Part shown: in pieces, positions 51,213-59,556 of the stretch
Layout: each line of letters begins with the position of its first letter
How positions within the stretch are numbered: position 1 is the stretch's first letter
Origin: Methanobacteriota archaeon
GTDB taxonomy: Archaea; Undinarchaeota; Undinarchaeia; Undinarchaeales; Undinarchaeaceae
Length of the DNA stretch: 64,000 bases
Assembly: GCA_002687935.1 (NCBI GenBank)
Contig: NZBN01000007.1
Span: 69,030-133,029 of the forward strand
Direction of reading: 5' to 3'
The notes under the pieces: generated by a model
The model's database searches: none
What the model was told of the DNA's origin: nothing
Seen by the model: the letters and a program-made list of their open reading frames with translations, nothing else
Made by a program: the position numbers and the translations under genes

Positions 51213-53405
51213 ATGAAAATAGTGATGAGTTTCAAAAAGTTTTTCACCATCTCTCTAATCCTTCTTGCTGTTTCAGTCGCTGGTTGCACAGGAAGTTTTG
51301 ACAATCTTCCTTACAATATCAGCTCAACGGACTATGCAAATCTCTCTGGAATAATAGAAGATAATCTAAACCAACTTTCTTGTGTCAACCAGACTGCGTC
51401 GGCGAGCTCGACAGGTTCAGTCATAAATGGACGAGTAAAAGTGGAGATAAGCCACGATCTTTTCTTCAATGGACAGAATGTAAACAGCAAATTTATGTAT
51501 CTCATCGACAGCAAGAGAACTCCTGAAAAATTCTTCCCAAAATACAGTGACTTTGTTCCAGATATCTTTGGAACTTACTATCTCTATGTTGATACTACAA
51601 CAGGCAGGATTTACACAAGCCCTACAATAAATATAACGGTCGATGAGGAGTTGCATGATGGGTTTTTCACAGATTCCGATTGGCGCTGGCTTTATTCAGC
51701 AGTAACAAAGTGCTATGACTATAGCCTCGTCAATTCTAATGTTTGCTCTAGTCTCAGTATTGAGAAATTTGCTGAGTCCATAGAAGGAAATAATTATATC
51801 CGTGATGCGCAGTGTCTTACAGACCAGAAAAACCGTCACTGGTGGAGTCAGATGAATCTTATTTATGACGGAAAGGTCCGTTCTGACCCAGAGTCTTCTG
51901 AAGAAGCCATTCTTGTTGAGGGGTCACCGGCCGAAGAAAATCTGACTTTCGAGGGTTTCAATGGCTCTGAAAGATGCTGGTCGGATTCAAGCTGTCCTTG
52001 GAATCAGGAATGTTATGGCGGTCTCTTTTCTATGCCTCCGGGGCGGGGTGTTTGCAGAGATATAGACTGCCCTGATGGAAAGATAAAGAATAATAAATGC
52101 GTTCCAAATGTTTGCCAGGTAAACAGTGATTGTACTTCAGGCTATCGCTGTGAAAGCGAAAGCAACAAATGCGTTCCAAATTCAGACTGTACGATTGTTC
52201 ATGACAGCGGTCTTGGTCTTGGAAAGCTGGATATAACTTTCATAGGTGCTGGTTTCAATAGCATATCGGATGTCCATCAACTTGCCGAAGGGCTTGCTGG
52301 TAGCACCCGTGGAAGAAAAAGGACTGGCATTCTCAGAAGCAGTCCTTTCAACAAATACTCTGACAAAATTAACATAAGAGTTGCCAACCAACAGTCCGTG
52401 CTTGACGCAGGAACTACAGACATGTTTAGAAACACACCAAGATTCAAAAGAAATAATATTAATAAAGAGAAAAGACTCTGCCCAGAAAATGATGTCGTTA
52501 TCACATTAGTTGACAAAAATCTGGCGGCTGAAAATGATGTTTCTATTGCTCACTGCAGCGGACCTACAATGGATACCTGCTTTATTCCTGTAGCCGGAAC
52601 ACATGCAAGTAGTAATGATATCGGGGCAACTCTACATGAACTTGGTCACGCCTTTGCTCACCTTGCCGAAGAATATGAATTTACTGAAAAATCATGGTAT
52701 TTACCTTCAGGAATTTCTACAGCAAAGCCAAACTGTGCTCCTGATTTGGATGTCGCTGAAAACTGGTGGGGGGAGCTGGCAGAAAAATATCCGGCAGAGG
52801 TTGGATACTATATTGGGTGTGGTTACGGGGATGAAAATGTCCGACCTCACAGAATATCTGTTATGCGTGACTTCAGAAGGACACACTCATATGGGCTTGT
52901 CAATGAACTGGAGATAGAAAAAACATTTGACAGATATTCACACTTTGAACCTCCGATTGTCAGATTGGCATTGAATCAGATTCATGTACCTTTTGGAATT
53001 GGAGGGCCAGAAAATGATAGGACTGTTGCTCATGGTAATGAAAAAAGCAGAAAACGGCAGATGAAACCACGGGAGGAGAAAAATTACTTTGATCATCTCA
53101 AGAATAAATTGAGTGCCATGATTGCGGTGGATGAAAAATCAGAAAGGAAGAGAGGGAATCGGGGTAGTAAGGGTGGAAGAAATGGAAGAAAAAGTTCAGA
53201 CCTGAACTACTTTGAGAAATTCAGGAAAAGCATTGACAAAGTGTTCGAACCCGATGCACCACCTCGCCGAGGAAAACGTGCCAGAGGTAGTGAAATAGAC
53301 AGAATGCTCGAGCCAAAACAGGACAAGGGTCTGAATAAACTTCTTGATAAGGTAAAGAGGGACTTCGAAAATCTTCAGAATATAATCACGAAACAAAATA
53401 CCTAA
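51213..53405 (+). CDS. Secreted lipoprotein with Cys-rich repeats and an M64 (IgA peptidase)-like metallopeptidase domain
   Basis: Lipobox-like VSVAGC; Cys clusters; LDITFIGAGF, HELGHAFAHLAEEY, GCGY...RPHRISVMR; basic disordered C-tail. Confidence 0.75.
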   Translation: MKIVMSFKKFFTISLILLAVSVAGCTGSFDNLPYNISSTDYANLSGIIEDNLNQLSCVNQTASASSTGSVINGRVKVEISHDLFFNGQNVNSKFMYLIDSKRTPEKFFPKYSDFVPDIFGTYYLYVDTTTGRIYTSPTINITVDEELHDGFFTDSDWRWLYSAVTKCYDYSLVNSNVCSSLSIEKFAESIEGNNYIRDAQCLTDQKNRHWWSQMNLIYDGKVRSDPESSEEAILVEGSPAEENLTFEGFNGSERCWSDSSCPWNQECYGGLFSMPPGRGVCRDIDCPDGKIKNNKCVPNVCQVNSDCTSGYRCESESNKCVPNSDCTIVHDSGLGLGKLDITFIGAGFNSISDVHQLAEGLAGSTRGRKRTGILRSSPFNKYSDKINIRVANQQSVLDAGTTDMFRNTPRFKRNNINKEKRLCPENDVVITLVDKNLAAENDVSIAHCSGPTMDTCFIPVAGTHASSNDIGATLHELGHAFAHLAEEYEFTEKSWYLPSGISTAKPNCAPDLDVAENWWGELAEKYPAEVGYYIGCGYGDENVRPHRISVMRDFRRTHSYGLVNELEIEKTFDRYSHFEPPIVRLALNQIHVPFGIGGPENDRTVAHGNEKSRKRQMKPREEKNYFDHLKNKLSAMIAVDEKSERKRGNRGSKGGRNGRKSSDLNYFEKFRKSIDKVFEPDAPPRRGKRARGSEIDRMLEPKQDKGLNKLLDKVKRDFENLQNIITKQNT

Positions 53406-53458
53406 CTATACTACTTCTTGTGATAGTATAGTTTCAACAGATACAGGAGAACAAAAAA

Positions 53459-54010
53459 ATGAAAAAAACAATTGCTGTAATGCTTGCGTTCCTTTTGCTT
53501 TCAATTGGAGCCTATGCACAAACTGAGACTGGTCTGCGTTATGTGACTGATCTCAAAATCGACCCTGCTAGTGGGGTATTTGAATACATAGACTTGGATG
53601 TTGTTCCAGGAAGTGGGATAAGTGAGGCTTCTGAAGAGAGCGGTCTTGTTGTTTCCTTACACGATTATGAAGATACACTTCTCTACTATGCGTATTTCCC
53701 TGTCGATTTGAGCGGCTCTGAGGATGTATATCTTCCAATAACTCTACCTTATTTTTACGAGGGAGCTTGGCTGGATGTATATCTTCCTAATGGCACACAG
53801 TCTCATTCAATTGATGTTCGAAACTTTGCCCAGTGCAACCAGAACGCTGTTTGCGACGACAATGAATTCTTCGAAACTTGCCCATCCGACTGCGCTCTTG
53901 AGAGTCAGTATCCACAGAAGAGTAACTGGATTTTGTATGCGGCTCTGGCAGGATTGATTGGCTACGGAGCATTCAAGCTGTTCGGCAAGAAAAAACGTAT
54001 TGTGAAATAA
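53459..54010 (+). CDS. Secreted, C-terminally membrane-anchored protein with a Cys motif
   Basis: Signal peptide MKKTIAVMLAFLLLSIGAYA; CNQNAVCDDNEFFETCPSDC; C-terminal TM then KKKR. Confidence 0.75.
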   Translation: MKKTIAVMLAFLLLSIGAYAQTETGLRYVTDLKIDPASGVFEYIDLDVVPGSGISEASEESGLVVSLHDYEDTLLYYAYFPVDLSGSEDVYLPITLPYFYEGAWLDVYLPNGTQSHSIDVRNFAQCNQNAVCDDNEFFETCPSDCALESQYPQKSNWILYAALAGLIGYGAFKLFGKKKRIVK

Positions 54011-54017
54011 AGGCTAG

Positions 54018-54091
54018 TGGACCCGGCGAGATTTGAACTCGCGGCTTCTACCATGCCAGGGTAGCACTCTACCGAGCTGAGCTACGGGCCC
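54018..54091 (-). tRNA. tRNA-Ala(GGC)
   Basis: GGGCCCG/CGGGTCC acceptor; CTACC-CTGGCAT-GGTAG anticodon arm. Confidence 0.96.
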
Positions 54092-54182
54092 ATCGAATTG
54101 GATAAATGTGGCGACTCGTTATTAAAGCTTGCGCCAAAACAAAATCTTTAAAACGGGGTGGAAACATCAAGAAATCCTTAAT

Positions 54183-54257
54183 GCCCCGATAGTGTAGTCC
54201 GGCCAATCATACTAGGTTCTCATCCTGGTGACCTGGGTTCGAATCCCAGTCGGGGCG
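54183..54257 (+). tRNA. tRNA-Glu(CTC)
   Basis: GCCCCGA/TCGGGGC acceptor; CTAGG-TTCTCAT-CCTGG anticodon arm; GGGTTCGAATCCC. Confidence 0.95.
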
Positions 54258-54266
54258 CTTGCTTCA

Positions 54267-54980
54267 TCAGCCGACTTCGTTCAGCTTCTTTTGAGTGTAC
54301 TTCTTCCGGACTTTTGGAACTGTGTGCTTTTTCAGTTTTTCCAGATGTCCTGGGAACATTCTGTCCATTCCAAAGGCAACCAAAGATAGTCCGATAACAA
54401 CAACAAGCAACCTTCCTATCCATTCTGTCATCAAGGTAGATATAATATCTTTAAATGTCAGGAGATTTTCCTGTGTTGCGAAGAACCCTGTAAAAAATAT
54501 AGACATCCCAAGAAGAAGGTAAAGGAATCCTCTTGTTCTGTCTCCTATTATGCTGGCTCTTTCATAGAAAATTATAACATTTTTTCTTGTACTATGCAAA
54601 CCAGAACCAGCGACCTCCTTAAGGTTTCCTATCTGGCTCCTGACTTTCGGGCTTTCCAGCGTAAAAGTAATCGGATTTTTATTTATTTTTCGTATATCTT
54701 TCTCTATCTTTGTACTGACTTCTTGGCTTACAGCCTCTCCCAGAGTTTCAAGAACTTCTTCTACTTTCTTTTCCTGTATGTCTTTTGGGGTCTCAAGTTT
54801 TTCATATATCTCCCCTTCTTCAAGAACGGCTTTTACTGATTTTACTTCTCGACGAGAAGCTGGACTTTTCACATCTTCAGCTTCTATAAGTTCAATTCCT
54901 GCCTCTTCAACAACTTTCTTTTTTGAATTTCGTTTCCCCCGTTTCGTTGGAATTTTGATAGTCTTCTTTGTTTTGCTCAT
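54267..54980 (-). CDS. Hypothetical membrane protein (charged N-terminal region, two TMs, basic tail)
   Basis: 237 aa; start overlaps asnS stop by 4 nt. Confidence 0.65.
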   Translation of the reverse strand: MSKTKKTIKIPTKRGKRNSKKKVVEEAGIELIEAEDVKSPASRREVKSVKAVLEEGEIYEKLETPKDIQEKKVEEVLETLGEAVSQEVSTKIEKDIRKINKNPITFTLESPKVRSQIGNLKEVAGSGLHSTRKNVIIFYERASIIGDRTRGFLYLLLGMSIFFTGFFATQENLLTFKDIISTLMTEWIGRLLVVVIGLSLVAFGMDRMFPGHLEKLKKHTVPKVRKKYTQKKLNEVG

Positions 54981-56266
54981 GGCGCATTCCTGTTAATTGT
55001 TCTTGGAAATGGTATAGTATCTCGTATATGTTCAAGTCCACATATCCACATTACAAGCCTTTCAACACCCATTCCAAAACCTGCGTGAGGTACAGCTCCA
55101 TACTTTCGTGTGTCGAAATACCAGTCATAGGTGCTCAAATCCTCTCCCTCTTCCTTCAGCACTTTTTTCATCGCATCAACATCAAGATCTCTTACTGAGC
55201 CGCCTATTAGCTCCCCAACTTCAGGTATTATTAAGTCAAAGCAAAGAGCAGTTCCTGGATTCTCCGGATCCTCAGGTTTGTAGAAGGCCATTATCTCCTT
55301 CGGGTAGTTTGTCACAAATACTGGCTTTTCAAAATGCTTTACGAGTTCTCGTTCTTCAAGAGTTCTCAGGTCTTTTCCGTACTTTACCTTCATCCCGTTC
55401 TTTGCCAGAATGTCCAGAGCTTCTTTGTAAGTTATTTTCGGGAAAGGTGCCTTCACCTTCTTCAGTTCAGCTGGGTCTTGTCCGAGCTCTTTTAACTCCT
55501 CAACATTTTTCCGTGCTACTTCCTGGCAGACATGCGAAACAAGCTCTTCTCCATATTTCATTAGCTGGGGAAGATCACAATATATCGCTTCCATTTCGGC
55601 GTGCCAGTATTCAGTCAGATGGCGCGGAGTTCTCGACTTCTCAGCCCTGAAACTCGGGGCTATTGTATAAAGCTTTTCAAGAGATGCCGTCAAAGCCTCA
55701 GAATATAGCTGCCAACTCTGGGTCAGGTAAACTGTATCTCCAAAATAGTCCACCTTGAATAATGAGCTTCCTCCTTCGCATGCTGTCGGGGTCAGAACAG
55801 GAACTTGAGTCTCAAAGAAGTCATTTTTTCTGAAATAATCGTGTATAGCCCCAACGACTGTTGAGCGTATTTTGAAAACATTGGTCAGCTTTCTTGACCT
55901 CACCCACAGATGTCTTACGTCTAAAAGGAATTCCTCACTCTTATCTCGCGAGATTGGGAATGGAGCGGCCTTTCCAACTACTTCAAGATCTTTTACCTGA
56001 AGTTCATACCCTGTTGGTGCTCTCTCGTCTTTTCTTATTTTTCCGGAAACAATAACTGAGGATTCCATCGTCGCATCCTCGGCAATCTTGAATAGCTTCT
56101 TGTCCTCAGCCTTTACAATTGCCTGTATTGTTCCACTTACATCTCTTATTACAAAAAACTTGAATTTATTGCTTCCACGTTCTCTGTGAACCCAACCTCT
56201 TATACTTACAATCTTTCCATCATTCTTCGCTGAAAGTGCCTCCCTAATCGGGATAGTTTTCTTCAT
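54977..56266 (-). CDS. asnS: Asparagine--tRNA ligase
   Basis: OB-fold IRGWVHRER, FLLDVRHLWVRS, LTQSWQLY, SFRAEKSRTPRHLTEYWHAEME, GELIGGSVR, PHAGFGMGVER. Confidence 0.9.
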   Translation of the reverse strand: MKKTIPIREALSAKNDGKIVSIRGWVHRERGSNKFKFFVIRDVSGTIQAIVKAEDKKLFKIAEDATMESSVIVSGKIRKDERAPTGYELQVKDLEVVGKAAPFPISRDKSEEFLLDVRHLWVRSRKLTNVFKIRSTVVGAIHDYFRKNDFFETQVPVLTPTACEGGSSLFKVDYFGDTVYLTQSWQLYSEALTASLEKLYTIAPSFRAEKSRTPRHLTEYWHAEMEAIYCDLPQLMKYGEELVSHVCQEVARKNVEELKELGQDPAELKKVKAPFPKITYKEALDILAKNGMKVKYGKDLRTLEERELVKHFEKPVFVTNYPKEIMAFYKPEDPENPGTALCFDLIIPEVGELIGGSVRDLDVDAMKKVLKEEGEDLSTYDWYFDTRKYGAVPHAGFGMGVERLVMWICGLEHIRDTIPFPRTINRNAP

Positions 56267-56418
56267 ACTTGTTTATGAGGCGCCTTCATTTATTAAGCTT
56301 TAGGGAAATTTCCTAAAAAATAAGATTTTTTCCAAATAAAATAACAAGTTAAAGTATATTCTCCAGAACAACAATGGATATATAAATAGCTTCCTGATTA
56401 GAGAATTAGCCAACAGAA

Positions 56419-56551
56419 ATAGAGCAAGTCTTTGCCAAACATCAGTTGCCGCTGATGTCTTGATTTGCTATGTTTCGAGTGTGAGTCGAATTATAGATAA
56501 GTCCTATTCAGGAGTTTATCCATTAAATTTTATTAATGAGTGGTTACACTC
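56419..56551 (+). ncRNA. Candidate structured RNA (consecutive hairpins) between two TATA boxes upstream of ftsZ
   Basis: Stems GCAAGTC/GATTTGC enclosing ACATCAG/CTGATGT; TTCGA/TCGAA; GATAAGTCCT/AGGAGTTTATC; CATTAA/TTAATG; GAGTG/CACTC; TATA elements at about 56378 and 56556. Confidence 0.4.
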
Positions 56552-56602
56552 TGAGGTATATAAAGCCTTGTAACTACTCGCAAGTGAAATGGAGGGAAAA
56601 AC

Positions 56603-57694
56603 ATGGAATTCTTAGTAAAAAACGCGATGAATCGCGAACCAGAACATTCGGCAGCACCCGCTGTCGGAAAAGCAAAAATTGTAGTTGTCGGCGCTGGAGG
56701 CGCAGGCAACAACTCTATCAGCCGGCTCATGACAATGGGCGGCGTTCACGGTGCAGAAACTGTAGCAGTGAACACAGACATGCAACATCTTGAGGCCACA
56801 AAGGCTGATACAAAGATACTGCTTGGCTACAAGCTCACACAGGGGCTTGGTGCCGGAGGATATCCTGAGGTTGGCCGGAAGGCTGCAGAAGACAGCAGGA
56901 ACGAAGTCCGTGAAGTTATGAGGGGTGCACATCTTGTCTTCCTCACTTGCGGACTTGGAGGAGGTACAGGAACTGGCGCAGTTTCTATATTGGCAGACAT
57001 CGCCAAGAAGGAAGGTGCAATAGTAATCGCAACGGTTACGACGCCTTTTGACCTCGAGAAAGCCCGCCTAATAAAGGCAGAAGAAGGTCTTTCGGAACTC
57101 AGGAAAGTTGCAGATACAGTAATTGTAATAGATAACAATAAGCTTGTTGAGCAGGTTCCGAACTTGCCACTTGAGCAGGCTTTTGCAGTCTGCGATGAGC
57201 TTATAGCGACTATGATTAAGGGAATATCAGAAATAATAACTGTTCCTAGCTTGGTTAATCTGGACTTTGCCGACATAAAGTCAATAATGACTGGTGGCGG
57301 AGTTGCTATGATTGGAATCGGAGAGTCTGACACCACCAATAAAGTCGAAGAAGCAGTGAAGAGTGCAATGCAGCACCCACTTCTTGATGTCGACTACAAT
57401 GGCGGAACTGGTGCCTTAATCCACATAGCCGGTGGACCAGGAATGACTCTGTCTGAAGTTACAAAGGCAGGTAATCTGATATCCGGTGAGCTGGATCCAA
57501 GTGCCCAGGTAATCTGGGGTGCAAGAGTTGATCCTGAACTTGATGGACGAATACGAGTGATGACAATCGTAACTGGTGTCACCTCACCTCATATACTTGG
57601 AAGGAACAGTCCAAGTCCTACACTGGAAAAAAATTCTTCTCCGGGTGCTGAAGCGCCTGAAATGATGAAGGAATTGCGAATAGATTACACATAA
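56603..57694 (+). CDS. ftsZ: Cell division protein FtsZ
   Basis: VVGAGGAGNN, VNTDMQHL, GLGAGG, GLGGGTGTG, NLDFAD, IWGA; GGAGG SD. Confidence 0.97.
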   Translation: MEFLVKNAMNREPEHSAAPAVGKAKIVVVGAGGAGNNSISRLMTMGGVHGAETVAVNTDMQHLEATKADTKILLGYKLTQGLGAGGYPEVGRKAAEDSRNEVREVMRGAHLVFLTCGLGGGTGTGAVSILADIAKKEGAIVIATVTTPFDLEKARLIKAEEGLSELRKVADTVIVIDNNKLVEQVPNLPLEQAFAVCDELIATMIKGISEIITVPSLVNLDFADIKSIMTGGGVAMIGIGESDTTNKVEEAVKSAMQHPLLDVDYNGGTGALIHIAGGPGMTLSEVTKAGNLISGELDPSAQVIWGARVDPELDGRIRVMTIVTGVTSPHILGRNSPSPTLEKNSSPGAEAPEMMKELRIDYT

Positions 57695-57708
57695 TAAAAC
57701 CACCCACG

Positions 57709-57748
57709 GGCTCCTAGTTTAAATCCTGGGAGCCTCCCTCTTTTTTTT
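57709..57748 (+). terminator. Hairpin plus U-tract between convergent ftsZ and DASS genes
   Basis: GGCTCCTAG-TTTAAATC-CTGGGAGCC then TCCCTC and T8. Confidence 0.7.
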
Positions 57749-57754
57749 AATTTA

Positions 57755-59497
57755 TTAGAAGGTTCCAGACCAGATTCCTATTGTTATCCAGTAGGTTTTT
57801 ACTAAGGTGTAGAGAGCCAATAATATGAGTATCTCGACCATCAGACCGGCTTTCAGGAGATCTTTTTGTTTGAAGTATCCTGTTGAATATGCCATAGTAT
57901 TTGGAGGAGTTCCATAAACTGTCAAGAAGGCGAATGCAGTAGGTATGGCAGTTACTAAAGCTATTAGGACTGGGTCTATATTTGAGATGAGAGCTATGTT
58001 AAGAGATATCGGAATAAGTATTGCTGCGGATGCTCCGCCACTGAGGAACTCCGTTGCTATTGCAGCTACAATTATTATACTGAGCATAATTAGAAGTGGT
58101 GATTCAGAAGGAAGAACATTTAGAGCTCCTCTTGCAAGCCACTCTGCCGCCCCTGTATCTTTGAGTGAGATACCCATTGTTATCGCAGCTCCGTAAATAA
58201 ACATAATTCCCCACGGTATACTCCGTTCAGCCTCTTCCCAGTCTATAACTCCGGCAAGGAACATGAGGATGGAGCCGAATATAGCAATAGTTCCTAAGTC
58301 TATAAGGCTCGAGCTGGTAATGAAGAGAAGAATTGTAAAGCCGAATACTCCAAGTGCCCTCCATTGTCTGGTACTCATTGGTTTTACAGTTTTCTTTATT
58401 TCAGCAAGTGCATTTTCAATCGAGAAGTCCTTAGGGGGTGGGAAGGTTATTCTTAAAATTATCCACACGATTGGTATCATTATCAGGGTCAAAGGTGCCG
58501 CCGCCTTCATCCATGTGAAATATGAAAGTTCAATTCCTGCCAATTCCTGAAGGAATCCTAGTGTCACAGCATTTCTTGCTCCTCCAGATGGAGTTGCTAA
58601 ACCGCCAATACTGGCTCCGAATGCCACAGCAAGAACTAGGGCTATTCTGAATGGTCCCTTCAACTCAATCATGCTCACTATAAGTATGGCAACTGGAATC
58701 AGCATCGCGGCGACTGTATGGTCCGATATAAACATGGCAAGGAATGCGGAAACTGTGACAAAAAGAAGGAGAAGGAGATTGGCGCTATTTCGTGAATATG
58801 TAAGAATTTTGACAGCTAGTCTCTTCGCAATACCACTTTGTGTAAGCCCTTGGGCAAGTAGAAGAGAACCTATAATAAAGAATACTGCAGGGTGGGCATA
58901 GGTCTTGAAGGACTCTGTGGGTGTCCCATATATTCCGAAGAAGTATAGCAATATTCCGGGGAGGAAGGCAGTAACGGGTAAGGGGACTACCTCAGATACC
59001 CAAAGTATGATTATAAAGACGAAAATTGCAATTGCCCTCTGCCCCAATATACTCAGCCCTGGCATAGGGATTATCAAAAGAAGAAGTAAAATTATTACTG
59101 AAAAAAGACCGAAATATCGTTTCTTTGTTACATCTTCTCTAAATTTCTCAACGTCAGTAATTTCCTCCTTTAATTTGGAGATTTCCACACGCATTCTCTC
59201 GATTCCTGTGACATCAACTTCCTTTTTCCCAATTGCGTCAAGTTCCTTTGTTACTTTCTCAAGATGCTTACTAATGGAATCACGCGCTTTCGCTTCTTTT
59301 ATCTCCTCTTTCATCCGCTCCTCTTCTGTTTCGCGGATTATGTACTCAAGAGGCTCCTCCTTTTCAGCTTTCTTATTCTCAGCTGACTTTCCGGTTTTCT
59401 TCGTTTTATCTTTCCCCTTACCGTTGCCATTGATGAGCTTTTTAAGCTTTTTAGACGTCTTTTTAACCACCATCTCTTTTTTCCTTGAGTTGTCCAC
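57755..59497 (-). CDS. DASS/SLC13 family sodium-coupled anion (di/tricarboxylate) symporter with charged N-terminal extension
   Basis: LWVSEVVPLPVTA, MFISDHTVAAMLIP, SIGGLATPSGGARN, TEFLSGGA, GTPPNTMAY. Confidence 0.9.
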   Translation of the reverse strand: MDNSRKKEMVVKKTSKKLKKLINGNGKGKDKTKKTGKSAENKKAEKEEPLEYIIRETEEERMKEEIKEAKARDSISKHLEKVTKELDAIGKKEVDVTGIERMRVEISKLKEEITDVEKFREDVTKKRYFGLFSVIILLLLLIIPMPGLSILGQRAIAIFVFIIILWVSEVVPLPVTAFLPGILLYFFGIYGTPTESFKTYAHPAVFFIIGSLLLAQGLTQSGIAKRLAVKILTYSRNSANLLLLLFVTVSAFLAMFISDHTVAAMLIPVAILIVSMIELKGPFRIALVLAVAFGASIGGLATPSGGARNAVTLGFLQELAGIELSYFTWMKAAAPLTLIMIPIVWIILRITFPPPKDFSIENALAEIKKTVKPMSTRQWRALGVFGFTILLFITSSSLIDLGTIAIFGSILMFLAGVIDWEEAERSIPWGIMFIYGAAITMGISLKDTGAAEWLARGALNVLPSESPLLIMLSIIIVAAIATEFLSGGASAAILIPISLNIALISNIDPVLIALVTAIPTAFAFLTVYGTPPNTMAYSTGYFKQKDLLKAGLMVEILILLALYTLVKTYWITIGIWSGTF

Positions 59498-59556
59498 TCC
59501 TTATAAGTCTTTAGATTTGCATTAATAATTTAAATACAGGGCTTATATTGTAGCGT

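Noticed and set aside
50436-54257. tRNA-anchored integrated element
   Set aside because: No integrase and no duplicated tRNA 3' end found flanking the M64 gene pair or elsewhere.
56452-56500. Hammerhead ribozyme core (CTGATG...GAA)
   Set aside because: CUGANGA is not completed (CUGAUGU), the sequence is paired in a stem, and no GAAA/UH junction fits.
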